A DNA stretch of 64,000 nt from Fimbriimonadia bacterium (GTDB taxonomy: Bacteria; Armatimonadota; Fimbriimonadia; Fimbriimonadales; JABRVX01): the NCBI GenBank assembly GCA_041483895.1, contig JBGPGO010000008.1, positions 96,001 to 160,000 on the forward strand, written 5' to 3'. Positions 9,538 through 19,017 of this stretch are shown one piece after another. The notes under the pieces were generated by a model. It saw nothing but the letters and a program-made list of their open reading frames with translations, was not told the origin of the DNA and ran no database searches. The position numbers and the translations under genes were made by a program. Numbering within the stretch: position 1 is the first letter of the stretch; every line of letters starts with the position of its first letter.

Positions 9538-11052
9538 ATGCGAGCCTCCAAGCGATCGCTGTCTTCATTTGTTGGTAACCGCCCTCGCAAGAGCGCGAAG
9601 GACTACCTGCGTTCACTTACCACCGGTATCGCCGCCTGGGTCATCATCGCGGCCTGCCTCCTGCTGCCGTTCGCGGCCAGCTTGGACCTGGGCCGATGGA
9701 TTGCGACGTTGGTCTTTTCCGCCGTCTCCGTCGCCGCCATGACCGCGCATCTCTCGTCCCGCGGCCTCAACACAGACGACCGGACGAAGTTTCTCCGCAT
9801 GATTTTCCTCGTCGCAGTTCTGTGCCTGTGGGGCCTGCAGCTTGCCAAGTATGCCCTCGGCGCACGCCTCAGCGACCCCGGCGTGGCATTGCTAGGCGTC
9901 TCGCCCATCGTTGCCGCCGGTCTGCTGCTTGGGGCGCTTTCCACCCCCGGCACAGCGGTCGTCGCGCTGGCTTTTCTCACGACGTGTTCCATCGCCGCCG
10001 GCATCTCCAACCCAATGGACCTCAGCGCGGCCTGGCTTAGCGGGTCTGTGGGCGCGTACGCGGTGAATCCGCTCAAGCGTCGTTCCGACCTTCTGCGCTC
10101 CGGCGGTCTGGTTACCGCGGCCTTTGCGCTTCTCGGTCTTTGCGCCAGCCTTGCCACAGCGCCAATCCAGGTGGAATCGCTTCGGGCCGCCGTCTGGAGC
10201 GGCATCGGCGGCGTCTGCGCGATGGCGTTGTTCTGGCTTTCCGTCCCGGTTTTCGAGCGGCTGTTCGACCTAGTGTCCGACTGGGGCCTCATGGAGCTTT
10301 GCTCGCCGGAACAGGAGCTTCTGCACGAATTGACACTCCATGCGCCGGGGACCTGGGCGCACAGCGTGATGGTGGGCAACCTCGCCGAGGCCGCCGCCAA
10401 GACGATTGGGGCCAACGCTCTGCTCGCCCGCGCCTGCGCCTATTATCATGACGTCGGCAAAATGCGGCGACCGGAATTCTTTATCGAGAACCAGGTGGGG
10501 ATCAACGTCCACGATACGATCACGCCGAACCTATCGGCTAAGGTGATCGCGGCCCATGTCAAAGACGGCCTGGAGCTTGCCACTCAATACCGGCTGCCGC
10601 AAGCCATCCGCGACGCAATCGGCCAGCACCACGGCACCTCGCTGATTAGCTACTTTTACCACCAGGCCACTGTAGGAATGGAGCAGGAAGACCCCATCCT
10701 GAAGCAGCATTTCCGATACGAAGGACCGCTGCCCCAGCGTAAAGAGATCGGGATACTGATGCTGGCGGACGTTGTCGAGGCGGCCACGAAATCTACTGAA
10801 AAGATGTCGCCGGCCCGTCTGGAGAACCTGGTCGCGAACCTAGTGCGAGAAAGAGTCGAGGATGGCCAGCTCGATGCATGCGAATTAACTTTTCGAGACG
10901 TAAACAAGATTGTAACATCGTTCGTCCAAACATTAACCGCGGTGCGGCATCAGAGAATTGAGTACAGCGCCGCCGAGGAGACGTGTGAAGATAAGCCGAG
11001 TGACGCTGACGAATCGGTCACGCTGCCGCCTACGATCGCAAGCGGTTCGTAA
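9538..11052 (+). CDS. 7TM-HD family phosphohydrolase (PgpH/YqfF-like)
   Basis: Multiple TM segments, then APGTWAHS...YYHDVGK..RPEFFIENQ, QHHGT, FRYEGPLP, MLADVVEAA; upstream of ybeY. Confidence 0.9.
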   Translation: MRASKRSLSSFVGNRPRKSAKDYLRSLTTGIAAWVIIAACLLLPFAASLDLGRWIATLVFSAVSVAAMTAHLSSRGLNTDDRTKFLRMIFLVAVLCLWGLQLAKYALGARLSDPGVALLGVSPIVAAGLLLGALSTPGTAVVALAFLTTCSIAAGISNPMDLSAAWLSGSVGAYAVNPLKRRSDLLRSGGLVTAAFALLGLCASLATAPIQVESLRAAVWSGIGGVCAMALFWLSVPVFERLFDLVSDWGLMELCSPEQELLHELTLHAPGTWAHSVMVGNLAEAAAKTIGANALLARACAYYHDVGKMRRPEFFIENQVGINVHDTITPNLSAKVIAAHVKDGLELATQYRLPQAIRDAIGQHHGTSLISYFYHQATVGMEQEDPILKQHFRYEGPLPQRKEIGILMLADVVEAATKSTEKMSPARLENLVANLVRERVEDGQLDACELTFRDVNKIVTSFVQTLTAVRHQRIEYSAAEETCEDKPSDADESVTLPPTIASGS

Positions 11053-11431
11053 CGCTGTGAAGACTCTGTTGGACAGGCAACACGGGGGAAAGCCGGAAGT
11101 AAGCATCCTGCTGTGCGACGACGAGGAGATTCATGAGCTCAACCGATCGTTCAGAAACATGGACCGTCCCACGGATGTGCTTTCGTTCGGATTGGATGAA
11201 CCCTCTCCGGACGGCCATCAGCTTTTGGGCGACGTTGTGGTCTCGCTGGAGACGGCAAAGCGGCAGGCGGTACAGCACGGCCATGATTTGGAGACGGAGA
11301 CGGTGCTGCTGGCTCTTCACGGGACCCTGCATCTTCTCGGCCACGAGGACGGCACCGATGCGGAGCTTGCCGTCATGATCGACCAAGCGGAGCGGCATGC
11401 TCGCGATCTGGGGTATCTAGGTGGGGCATGA
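10985..11431 (+). CDS. ybeY: rRNA maturation endoribonuclease YbeY
   Basis: LNRSFRNMDRPTDVLSF, LLGDVVVS, HGTLHLLGHED; GTG start after GAGGAG. Confidence 0.92.
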   Translation: MKISRVTLTNRSRCRLRSQAVRNAVKTLLDRQHGGKPEVSILLCDDEEIHELNRSFRNMDRPTDVLSFGLDEPSPDGHQLLGDVVVSLETAKRQAVQHGHDLETETVLLALHGTLHLLGHEDGTDAELAVMIDQAERHARDLGYLGGA

Positions 11432-12147
11432 TTAGCCGCCGGCACAACCCCTTCAGCGCGTTTCGAGTCGCAATCCAAGGCGTGGTTTACACGTTCCGGA
11501 CTCAGCGCCACATGCGGTTCCACTTCTACACAGTCATCACCGTTTTGGTGCTGGGGCTGTTTTGGAACCTGCCGTATCGGGAAATCCTCATTCTTTTGTT
11601 CACGATTTCCATGGTGTTGGTTGCCGAGATGTTCAATTCCGCCATTGAGGCGGTCGTCGATCTGGTTCAGCCGACATACCATCCGATGGCGAAGTTTGCG
11701 AAAGACATCGCGGCGGGCGCGGTCCTGATCACGACGGTGAACGCCATCGTGGTCGGCGGCCTTCTTTTCATTGGGGATACGCGGCTGGTGGATGTCGCCA
11801 CGCTGCTGCGGCCCAACGAAATTGCCCAGCCGGTGGTGCTCAAGACACTTGTCGGAATCTTCTTGGTATTTGTTCTTGTGGTGGTTGGGAAGGCGCTCGG
11901 AAAGCGAGGGTCCCTGTGGCATGGGGGACTGGTGAGCGGTCATTCGGCGCTGGGGTTCTTTCTCGCCATCGCAGTCGTTTTTCTTGCGCAGGGAAACATC
12001 CTGGTCCAGTTATTGGCCGTGATGCTGGGAACGCTGGTGGCGCAAAGCCGGTGGGAGGCCGGCATACATTCGCTCTTTGAAGTAGGACTCGGAGCGACCG
12101 TCGGCAGCATGTTGGCAGCTATCATTTACGGCCTGACCAGGCACTAA
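11428..12147 (+). CDS. dgkA: Diacylglycerol/undecaprenol kinase fused to a PAP2-like domain
   Basis: EMFNSAIEAVVDL, AKDIAAGAVL; C-terminal GGLVSGHSA...SRWEAGIH. Confidence 0.88.
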   Translation: MISRRHNPFSAFRVAIQGVVYTFRTQRHMRFHFYTVITVLVLGLFWNLPYREILILLFTISMVLVAEMFNSAIEAVVDLVQPTYHPMAKFAKDIAAGAVLITTVNAIVVGGLLFIGDTRLVDVATLLRPNEIAQPVVLKTLVGIFLVFVLVVVGKALGKRGSLWHGGLVSGHSALGFFLAIAVVFLAQGNILVQLLAVMLGTLVAQSRWEAGIHSLFEVGLGATVGSMLAAIIYGLTRH

Positions 12148-12156
12148 CAACAAACT

Positions 12157-13668
12157 ATGAACGAGACAACCAATGGGGACAAACCCACTTCGAATAACGG
12201 AGATCAACCTCCTTTATACCGCCTTGTCCAGGCAGCGGCGATACCGCTTCTTCTGCTCGGCCTGTTTGCCGCGCTGCGGTCGCAATGGATCCAGGAGATA
12301 ACCGGGTTCACAATAGATTCCGACGAGAGTATCCGGGCGCAGTTCTGGCTCGCCTTAGCGTTCCTTGGCATCGCGCTATGGCTGCGATATCTGCTTGAGT
12401 CGGGCGAAACCGCGGTGGCATTTATCAGCCAGACCCGCGCCTCCTCTCTCATCGAGAAGAAGCTGAAGGGCGCCCGAGGTCTCAAGCGGCTGTTGGACGA
12501 CCGGGATCAGTCTTTCCGCACCATCCGAACCGCTTCGCATCTCGTGCTCGCCACCAGCATCGCGGTTTCCATGCTGTTCATCGGCCGCGGTGTCCAGACG
12601 CTCTTGGCGCGTTGGTTCCCCGATACCAATGAACGGAATTTGGCGGGCGTCGCCTATGTGCTCGCGTTCCTGTTCGCTGGATGTCTCATGTTGATCGTCG
12701 GGGAAATGCTCGCCCGAAGCGTGGCGAGCGCCGATCCGGAGAAATGCGCGCTCAAACGATCCTGGTTCCTCCTCCTCGTGCGAAATCTTCTTTCCTGGCC
12801 GGTCGGCATCGTGGGCAAGATCGCGTCATGGGTCTCGCTGCTGTTCCGCGTCAAGCCCTATACGTCCGTGCCGACAATTACTGAGGACCAACTTCGCACT
12901 CTGCTCGAAACAAGCGAAACCCAAGGCCAGTTGGAAGAGGAAGAGCGCGAAATGATCCATTCCGTGTTCGACTTCGGCGACGCTATCGTGCGCGAAGTGA
13001 TGACCCCGCGAACGGATATGGATACGGTCAGCATCGATGCGGGTATTGAGAAAGTCGCGGACCTGGTGACGGCGACAGGGCACAGCCGCATACCGATTTA
13101 CAAAGATACGGTGGATCAGATTGTCGGGGTTGTGCACGCGAAGGATCTGCTGCAGTGCATGAACGGGCACGAGAAGAAGACAATCGAAGAGATCATGCGC
13201 CCTGTCTATGTGATTCCGGAGAACAAGAAGCTGGCAGAGCTGCTCTCAGAATTCCGGTCGGGCCGGAACCAGATGGCGATTGTCCAGGATGAATATGGGG
13301 GCACGTCGGGACTGGTGACGATTGAAGACGTAGTCGAAGAGATCGTTGGCGAGATCGTCGACGAGTATGACGAAGAGCAGCCGATGTGGTCGATCACGGA
13401 TGATGGGGCCTTTGTTTTCGACGGAAAGATGAATCTGGACGATGTGAACGATCTGCTTGGTTCGGACCTTGATTCCGAAGAGTTCGATACGATTGGCGGA
13501 TATGTATTCGGGTTGATCGGTCACCAGCCCTCTCCCGGTGAAGTGGTGGAGGCGGAAGGATGGCAATTCCACGTGGATGAGACGGACGGCCGCCGGGTGC
13601 AGAAGGTATGCGTGCGCAGAATTCCGGAACAGGAAGAGTCGGCAACGGGGCAGGAACAAGAGGCCTAA
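12157..13668 (+). CDS. CNNM/HlyC-CorC family CBS-domain transporter
   Basis: TM region, VREVMTPRTD, GHSRIPIY, DEYGGTSGLVTIEDVVEEIVGEIVDEYD, FDTIGGYV. Confidence 0.93.
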   Translation: MNETTNGDKPTSNNGDQPPLYRLVQAAAIPLLLLGLFAALRSQWIQEITGFTIDSDESIRAQFWLALAFLGIALWLRYLLESGETAVAFISQTRASSLIEKKLKGARGLKRLLDDRDQSFRTIRTASHLVLATSIAVSMLFIGRGVQTLLARWFPDTNERNLAGVAYVLAFLFAGCLMLIVGEMLARSVASADPEKCALKRSWFLLLVRNLLSWPVGIVGKIASWVSLLFRVKPYTSVPTITEDQLRTLLETSETQGQLEEEEREMIHSVFDFGDAIVREVMTPRTDMDTVSIDAGIEKVADLVTATGHSRIPIYKDTVDQIVGVVHAKDLLQCMNGHEKKTIEEIMRPVYVIPENKKLAELLSEFRSGRNQMAIVQDEYGGTSGLVTIEDVVEEIVGEIVDEYDEEQPMWSITDDGAFVFDGKMNLDDVNDLLGSDLDSEEFDTIGGYVFGLIGHQPSPGEVVEAEGWQFHVDETDGRRVQKVCVRRIPEQEESATGQEQEA

Positions 13669-15029
13669 GCGCCGCGGTGAGGGGCACGTCCCCGACGGTG
13701 GCGGATCAAGAAGATTCCGGCGATCATCATGAAACCGGTCGACGGCTCAGCAACTGGCGTGGAAAGGATGTATGCGAAGGTGTGGTCTGGGTGTACGATC
13801 TGCCATAAAACCTGGCCGTTCGGCCCGATCGCCTCACCGCCACTGGAGTCGTACGCCTGCCCTTGCAGGTAATCCTGAGTCAGATTGAATCCATTGACGA
13901 ATGTGTCCACTTTGTGATTGGTGAGCACTCCGCTCCCAGACCAGAGGGCGTCTCCAAAATCGTCGATGCCATAGCAATACAGCCGGTCCGTAAGCGGCAT
14001 GCGGTCGCCGAGCAATGGGCTTGATATATCCGTCTGGTTCTTGGCGATGATTCGGATATTGCTGTTAGTGGCATCGTCACCGAGCCAGACAATGTCGCCG
14101 GATTCGGACAGATAGTTGTAACTTTGCGTCGCCTCATACTGGTCCAGATAGCCATCAATGTAAGAAAGATCTTTTCCATCCACCTGAAGAAACGCGACTC
14201 CACGCGTCAGAGCCAGCCACGCTATGTGGCCGGAGTTTGTGATCTCGACCGGCAGCGCGGCAGGCCTATCAGTGTACTGGCTTCTTGCATAGACCTGATC
14301 GTTGAGAAACACGACGGATTCGCCATTCGTGTTGGCGCCGGCTCCGCCCCAGAGTAAGTCGTTGTTATCATTTAGGCTCAATAGATTCGCGGCATAGCGA
14401 TTATTGCCAAGGATGTTGGCGGAGTAATTGACGCCGTTGTGAAAGACATCAAACACGCTGTTCCCGGTGAGGCCGGACAGTGCTTGGAACGCCGTGTCTC
14501 CATACTTGTTGACGGTAGCCTGCGCGGAAGAGTTGGACAGTTCCATGCCAACGTAGATCTCTTGCCCTCCCAGAAACAGGCGGCTGTATTGCCCCGGAAA
14601 GCTGGCACCCCAGAAAGGCCGTCCCTGGCCATCGATTCCGATTACGTTTGCATCGTCTGGCGGCAATCCCGGCGGAAAAATGTCGGCGTAGTAGTCGTGT
14701 CCATCGACCATGGCGTGGAGAGACTTGGAATCCAGTCCTATCCATCCAACCTGGCCATTATCATTGATCCTGCGAGTAAATCCTTGGCTCGTGCCCGGAA
14801 AATAGGTTTGGGTCAAGTTTGTCTTGTACCGAAACGCCTGTGGCAGCTCATTCGATGCGCCGGGCACGTGCGTGTACGCGGTGTATATTGGAATTCCATC
14901 CTTGTTCACCGCGAAGTAGCCGGTGCCCCGGTGCAGCCCGTCGATCAGAATCTCATGTTTCCATTTGCTTTGTCCCGCCGCGGTCACGGCCGCAAGGAAA
15001 GCGCAGATCAGGATCGATATCGATTTCAT
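13665..15029 (-). CDS. Secreted repeat (probable beta-propeller) protein with variant PEP-CTERM tail
   Basis: Signal peptide; repeats INDNGQVGW / ITNSGHIAW / LSESGDIVW; tail PVAEPSTGFMMIAGIFLIRHRR. Confidence 0.75.
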   Translation of the reverse strand: MKSISILICAFLAAVTAAGQSKWKHEILIDGLHRGTGYFAVNKDGIPIYTAYTHVPGASNELPQAFRYKTNLTQTYFPGTSQGFTRRINDNGQVGWIGLDSKSLHAMVDGHDYYADIFPPGLPPDDANVIGIDGQGRPFWGASFPGQYSRLFLGGQEIYVGMELSNSSAQATVNKYGDTAFQALSGLTGNSVFDVFHNGVNYSANILGNNRYAANLLSLNDNNDLLWGGAGANTNGESVVFLNDQVYARSQYTDRPAALPVEITNSGHIAWLALTRGVAFLQVDGKDLSYIDGYLDQYEATQSYNYLSESGDIVWLGDDATNSNIRIIAKNQTDISSPLLGDRMPLTDRLYCYGIDDFGDALWSGSGVLTNHKVDTFVNGFNLTQDYLQGQAYDSSGGEAIGPNGQVLWQIVHPDHTFAYILSTPVAEPSTGFMMIAGIFLIRHRRGRAPHRGA

Positions 15030-15048
15030 GACTCATGACTCCCAGGGG

Positions 15049-15074
15049 CTCCCCCGCGCTCGGGCGCGGGGGAG
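15049..15074. other. GC-rich intergenic hairpin between co-directional genes
   Basis: ctcccccgcgc-tcgg-gcgcgggggag; no U-tract. Confidence 0.5.
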
Positions 15075-15089
15075 AGTGCGTTACATCAA

Positions 15090-16592
15090 TTACGGTTGAA
15101 TAAAGTTCGGGCCCCAATAAGCCGCGACCTTACCGTTGCCAAGCGTGAGCACAACGGCTCCTTCCAGGTCTATCGCAAGGTCCTGAGTTGGGATGGAGCT
15201 TGCGGGGTGAATGGGAAACGGATAGCGCATCGCTGATTGGGCTGACCCGCCAAAAACCGAAGGATTTTGGCAATATATGTAGCCGGTGTCGGTGGCCCAA
15301 TAGAGACAGTTGTTGCTATCGGCGTTGGTGAACATCGCTGTCGATGACAAGTTATCCGAGGTGGTATTCATCTTCTTTCCGAACGCGCCGCTGCCGGAGC
15401 TTCCCTGATCGTCCGCCTTAACCGGGGTCGGCTTGCCCGTCCCAGTTCCCGCGGTCTGCGCCAAGAAGAAGGCGTTCGTGTCTCCGCTCGGGACCTCGAT
15501 GCATGGATTTGCGTCGATTCGTCCCACGGTGCGCTGTGTTCCATTGTCACTGGCTGTTGTCATCGGACTGCTCCAAGCCGCGGTTCCCTTGTCGCCGCCA
15601 ATGTCGTCGTCGCCCCGGATAGAATATACATATCCCTGGTTGCTCGAGTCGAATGTGGCGATGTAAACTCGAATGTTTGGAGCGTTGTCGTTACCAACGA
15701 TCGGCCAGGTATTGCAGGTTTCGCTGTTGGAGTCGGGGGCAAATGTCCACTGAAGTACGGCGTGGTCGCCGTAGTCAAAGATGCACTGCGCGTGGCCGTC
15801 GCTGTTGGCGAGCACGATATTCCAAAACGGCGACAGAAGCTCCTCCGGCGGTGACCCGACAGACGGGATGCGGAAAATTGTCGACATCGGCCGAACAATC
15901 GGGAAGCCGGTGCTGTAACTCCACTCCTCAGAAGCGTCAGAGCCGGAAGAGTATCCGGATGGGTTGAATGCGTAGACCCTGCCATTCGACGACGGCACAT
16001 ACACTCGGTTCCCGTCGTGATTCGGCTGGGTGTCGGGGTACCAGAACGGAAGGTAGAGCGGAGCGCTTAGAGTGTCCCCGCTGGAACCAAGTTGCGCCGA
16101 TCTCCATACCTTTGAACCATCGGATGCGTCGAGGCAGTAGAGACGCCTATCCGTATCGATGATGAACACCGCCTTCGTGCCGTTGGAATAACCGAGGACC
16201 GGCGATCCGATCGGTGTCCCGGCCAAGGTATAAGACCCTTGATAGTCCTTTGATACGGAGAAGGCATACGTCCCCGAGTTGTAACTGACTTGCAGACGAT
16301 AGAGCTTCTTGTCGTTCCCAAAGTAGTAGACCTTGTATTCGAACGCATTGGGATCGCTGGGTTCACCTAGTGCCACCCCATTGATCGGAGTTCCATCGCC
16401 GCCGCCAGGCGTGTAGGACCACTTCGCGGCGCCGGCCGTGTAAGGTGGCCTTACGTCCTTTCCATCGATCGTCTTATGGCCGCTTCGATGGGTGTCAAGC
16501 CCACCCATCGGCCACTGCCCGTAGGTCTGGGCAAAAACAGAGGAGATCAACCCCCCCATAATTGCAATCATAATTACACTTATTCTTAACAT
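15090..16592 (-). CDS. Secreted PQQ-like (BamB-type) beta-propeller protein
   Basis: Signal peptide MLRISV...VFA; WPMGGLDTHRSG; LYCLDASDGSKVW; GRVYAFN..EEWSY. Confidence 0.8.
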   Translation of the reverse strand: MLRISVIMIAIMGGLISSVFAQTYGQWPMGGLDTHRSGHKTIDGKDVRPPYTAGAAKWSYTPGGGDGTPINGVALGEPSDPNAFEYKVYYFGNDKKLYRLQVSYNSGTYAFSVSKDYQGSYTLAGTPIGSPVLGYSNGTKAVFIIDTDRRLYCLDASDGSKVWRSAQLGSSGDTLSAPLYLPFWYPDTQPNHDGNRVYVPSSNGRVYAFNPSGYSSGSDASEEWSYSTGFPIVRPMSTIFRIPSVGSPPEELLSPFWNIVLANSDGHAQCIFDYGDHAVLQWTFAPDSNSETCNTWPIVGNDNAPNIRVYIATFDSSNQGYVYSIRGDDDIGGDKGTAAWSSPMTTASDNGTQRTVGRIDANPCIEVPSGDTNAFFLAQTAGTGTGKPTPVKADDQGSSGSGAFGKKMNTTSDNLSSTAMFTNADSNNCLYWATDTGYIYCQNPSVFGGSAQSAMRYPFPIHPASSIPTQDLAIDLEGAVVLTLGNGKVAAYWGPNFIQP

Positions 16593-16782
16593 TGTCCAAC
16601 CTTCTTTCCTAGAAGGCGGCTTCTCCATGATACTCCGACTTCCGTAATTCCGCAACTTTTGGAGTATCACGGATGAAGTCGTCGAATTATCCTGAAGAGT
16701 ACCGGACGGGCAATCCCCTGTCTGCCCGTAATTTCAATGACATTGGTTCACATGGCAGCGCGATTCGATCTGCAGGAAACGA

Positions 16783-17115
16783 CTAGGGGAGGTGAAGAAA
16801 TCGGCTGCCCATCGTGAGGAGCGATTCCGTTGTGAGCGACACGAGTTGCTCGGGCCAATCCGGATGCCGGACATGGAGCATTTCGTGCACGATGTCCTCA
16901 ATGGTCAGCGCCCTCGTATGGTAGATGCACGGTCTTGGTCCCAGCGTCACTCCCACCAAGGAGGCGCCGGGCCTGCCGTCCTCGCCGGTAACCTGCCAGC
17001 GACTGATGGCTTGCAGGTTTACGGGCACGGCGATCCCAAAATCTTCACGCAACCGACGGACAGCCATGCTTGCTTCGAGTTGAGACAGTCTTGTTCTGGG
17101 GGAATGGCGGGGCAT
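16783..17115 (-). CDS. Small hypothetical protein with HExxH zincin-like motif
   Basis: EDIVHEMLHVRHPDW; start trimmed to ATG 17115 to avoid antisense overlap. Confidence 0.55.
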   Translation of the reverse strand: MPRHSPRTRLSQLEASMAVRRLREDFGIAVPVNLQAISRWQVTGEDGRPGASLVGVTLGPRPCIYHTRALTIEDIVHEMLHVRHPDWPEQLVSLTTESLLTMGSRFLHLP

Positions 17116-17215
17116 CGCTGCCAGTGTTGTTCCGCGTTGCCGCCATATCGGACCCCAGGCGCGTTTACGAGTATAGTAGGCGCGGGCCAAGGGGCCCGCG
17201 TTCGATGAGGAGCCT

Positions 17216-17884
17216 GTGCCTTTGCCCAACCACGAAATCCAATTGGGAATCTCCCTCACCGCGGCATTCGTCCTGGGCGCTTTGCATGTATTGGAGCCTG
17301 CCCATGGACGAAGCATTGTTTCGGCGCTGGCAGTGGGAGCAACGTCGAGCAGAAGGTCGATTTTGGCGTACGGTACGGTGGTGACGATCTCCCATACCAT
17401 CATGACGCTCGCCATCGCCGTCGTCGTCGCTCTCGCCGGCAATGCGATTGCGGCCGGTTCGGCTGCCTGGGTAGTACGCATCCTGGCAAGTCTGCTGACG
17501 ATTGCAATTGCCATCAAGATGTTTCGTCATGCGGCGGAGCAGGAAAAGTGCGGCTGCACCCTTCACCATGAACCGAAGCCGACTACCAATCCGATTGCCC
17601 TCGGCATTGCCGGCGGGCTGATTCCCTGTTTCGGCAGCCTCTCGCTTGTCACCGCATCCGTAGGCGCAGGCCAATTCTTCGCGGCAGTACCTCTCGTCCT
17701 GGCATTTGCCTTAGGCCTTGGAGTTACGCTCATCGCGACGGCAATGCTTACTCGGGAAGTGGGCAGGCGGCTGTTGACTGGGTTCCGGTATAGCGGCTAC
17801 CTGGCGGCTTGGCTCATTGGCATCGCCGGGGTGGCCGGCCTCCTGTGGACAGTATGGGGAATCGTGGCCGGCAGCACCGAGTAG
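17216..17884 (+). CDS. RcnA/HoxN-like nickel/cobalt transporter
   Basis: LGALHVLEPAHGRS, TISHT, CGCTLHH linker, GIAGGLIPC, FALGLGVTL. Confidence 0.85.
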   Translation: MPLPNHEIQLGISLTAAFVLGALHVLEPAHGRSIVSALAVGATSSRRSILAYGTVVTISHTIMTLAIAVVVALAGNAIAAGSAAWVVRILASLLTIAIAIKMFRHAAEQEKCGCTLHHEPKPTTNPIALGIAGGLIPCFGSLSLVTASVGAGQFFAAVPLVLAFALGLGVTLIATAMLTREVGRRLLTGFRYSGYLAAWLIGIAGVAGLLWTVWGIVAGSTE

Positions 17885-17891
17885 CGGCGAT

Positions 17892-17907
17892 TGGCATGGC
17901 GTGTGCT
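17892..17907 (+). promoter_or_regulatory. Candidate sigma54 (-24/-12) promoter
   Basis: TGGCATGGCGTGTGCT; GG and GC spaced exactly as in TGGCACG-N4-TTGCW. Confidence 0.5.
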
Positions 17908-17917
17908 TGATACTGCA

Positions 17918-18080
17918 CAGAACCGACAAAACAACACTCATCGACACAGCATAGCCGAAGGGAAAACGGCGCCTTAGGGACTTGGCGCCATCGGAAGGTG
18001 ACGGGCGAGCGAAGGCGCTCGCCCGGCAACCCTTCGCGTACGGCCATTAAAACTATGGCCGAGCTTTCGCTCGGCCGAAA
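17918..18080 (+). ncRNA. Candidate structured small RNA
   Basis: A/C-rich 5' part, three-stem junction 17956-18036, closing hairpin 18057-18076; no credible ORF. Confidence 0.4.
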
Positions 18081-18114
18081 TTACTGCAATTTGGACACGA
18101 TTATCAATATGCCG

Positions 18115-18804
18115 TTAGGAGGATCTCCTGCCGCGCCGCAATCCCAGCGCGGCGAGAGTTAAGAATGCGGTTCCAAGACCGGCTATCTGACCCGGCTCCG
18201 GAACGAAGGACAGTTCCTTCTCGATATGGGCGAGGGAGGCGATGGCCGAAGAATCGATCTGGGTTCGCCCGGCCTCGTCGACGTACGTCACACCGTCGAG
18301 AATGTAGGTCTCTTTAATTCGAATGGCATAGGTCGTCGCGAAAATATAGTGTCGACTGCTCGGCTGGCTAAACTCGACGCCGGAATCCGAAACCAAAACC
18401 GTGGGGTTGTTCGGATTGCTGATGTCCTTGACCAACTCGCTCCAGGCAATGAACGGGTTTTTGGCGAACTGGCCCTTTACGATATTTCCGATCAGATCCA
18501 CAGTGAGGTCATGGATGGCCGGACCGCGCTTGTCGGCGCGTACTTCGTACTCAATGATGAGCGAGCCAATGGCCTGGCCGCTGCCGTCTCCGACAGTGGC
18601 GTTCGGAAAAATGAAATCTGCAGTTACGTTGACGACCCTATCATTACCAAAGGGTATCGTTCCGGAAATGATAGCGGAACCGCCGCTACTGAGGGAGCCG
18701 TCCAAGATAATCTGCTTCCAGTCGGCAATAAAATCAGTGGCATGCGCAGTAGCGCAAACCATCAACAGACCAATTATGGCCTGAAGGGTAATACACCTTC
18801 TCAT
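18115..18804 (-). CDS. PEP-CTERM protein
   Basis: Signal peptide; VPEPGQIAGLGTAFLTLAALGLRRGRR. Confidence 0.88.
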   Translation of the reverse strand: MRRCITLQAIIGLLMVCATAHATDFIADWKQIILDGSLSSGGSAIISGTIPFGNDRVVNVTADFIFPNATVGDGSGQAIGSLIIEYEVRADKRGPAIHDLTVDLIGNIVKGQFAKNPFIAWSELVKDISNPNNPTVLVSDSGVEFSQPSSRHYIFATTYAIRIKETYILDGVTYVDEAGRTQIDSSAIASLAHIEKELSFVPEPGQIAGLGTAFLTLAALGLRRGRRSS

Positions 18805-19017
18805 CCAGGTTCTCCTTCAAGTTCCGACGCTACAATTAGCACCGGGGGGCAATACAAGCCAAAAATTTCGTGGCCTTAGGCCATCAATGCTTCCGTTCTC
18901 TAGGAACGGCTTCTACCTTGCTGGAAACATTCTCCATCATAAACGGTGAGATGTCAAGGGCAACCGGCCAAAAAAGTCCGAAAGTTTTCCGCTTACTTGC
19001 ACAAATACCGGAGTCGT

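Noticed and set aside
11318..11350. YbeY inactive because the third His is Asp (HGTLHLLGHED)
   Set aside because: Asp can bind metal, I recall similar variants in other phyla, and other motifs are intact
17956..18036. NiCo or cobalamin riboswitch linked to the RcnA-like gene
   Set aside because: Lies downstream of the transporter, precedes no ORF and lacks the consensus motifs
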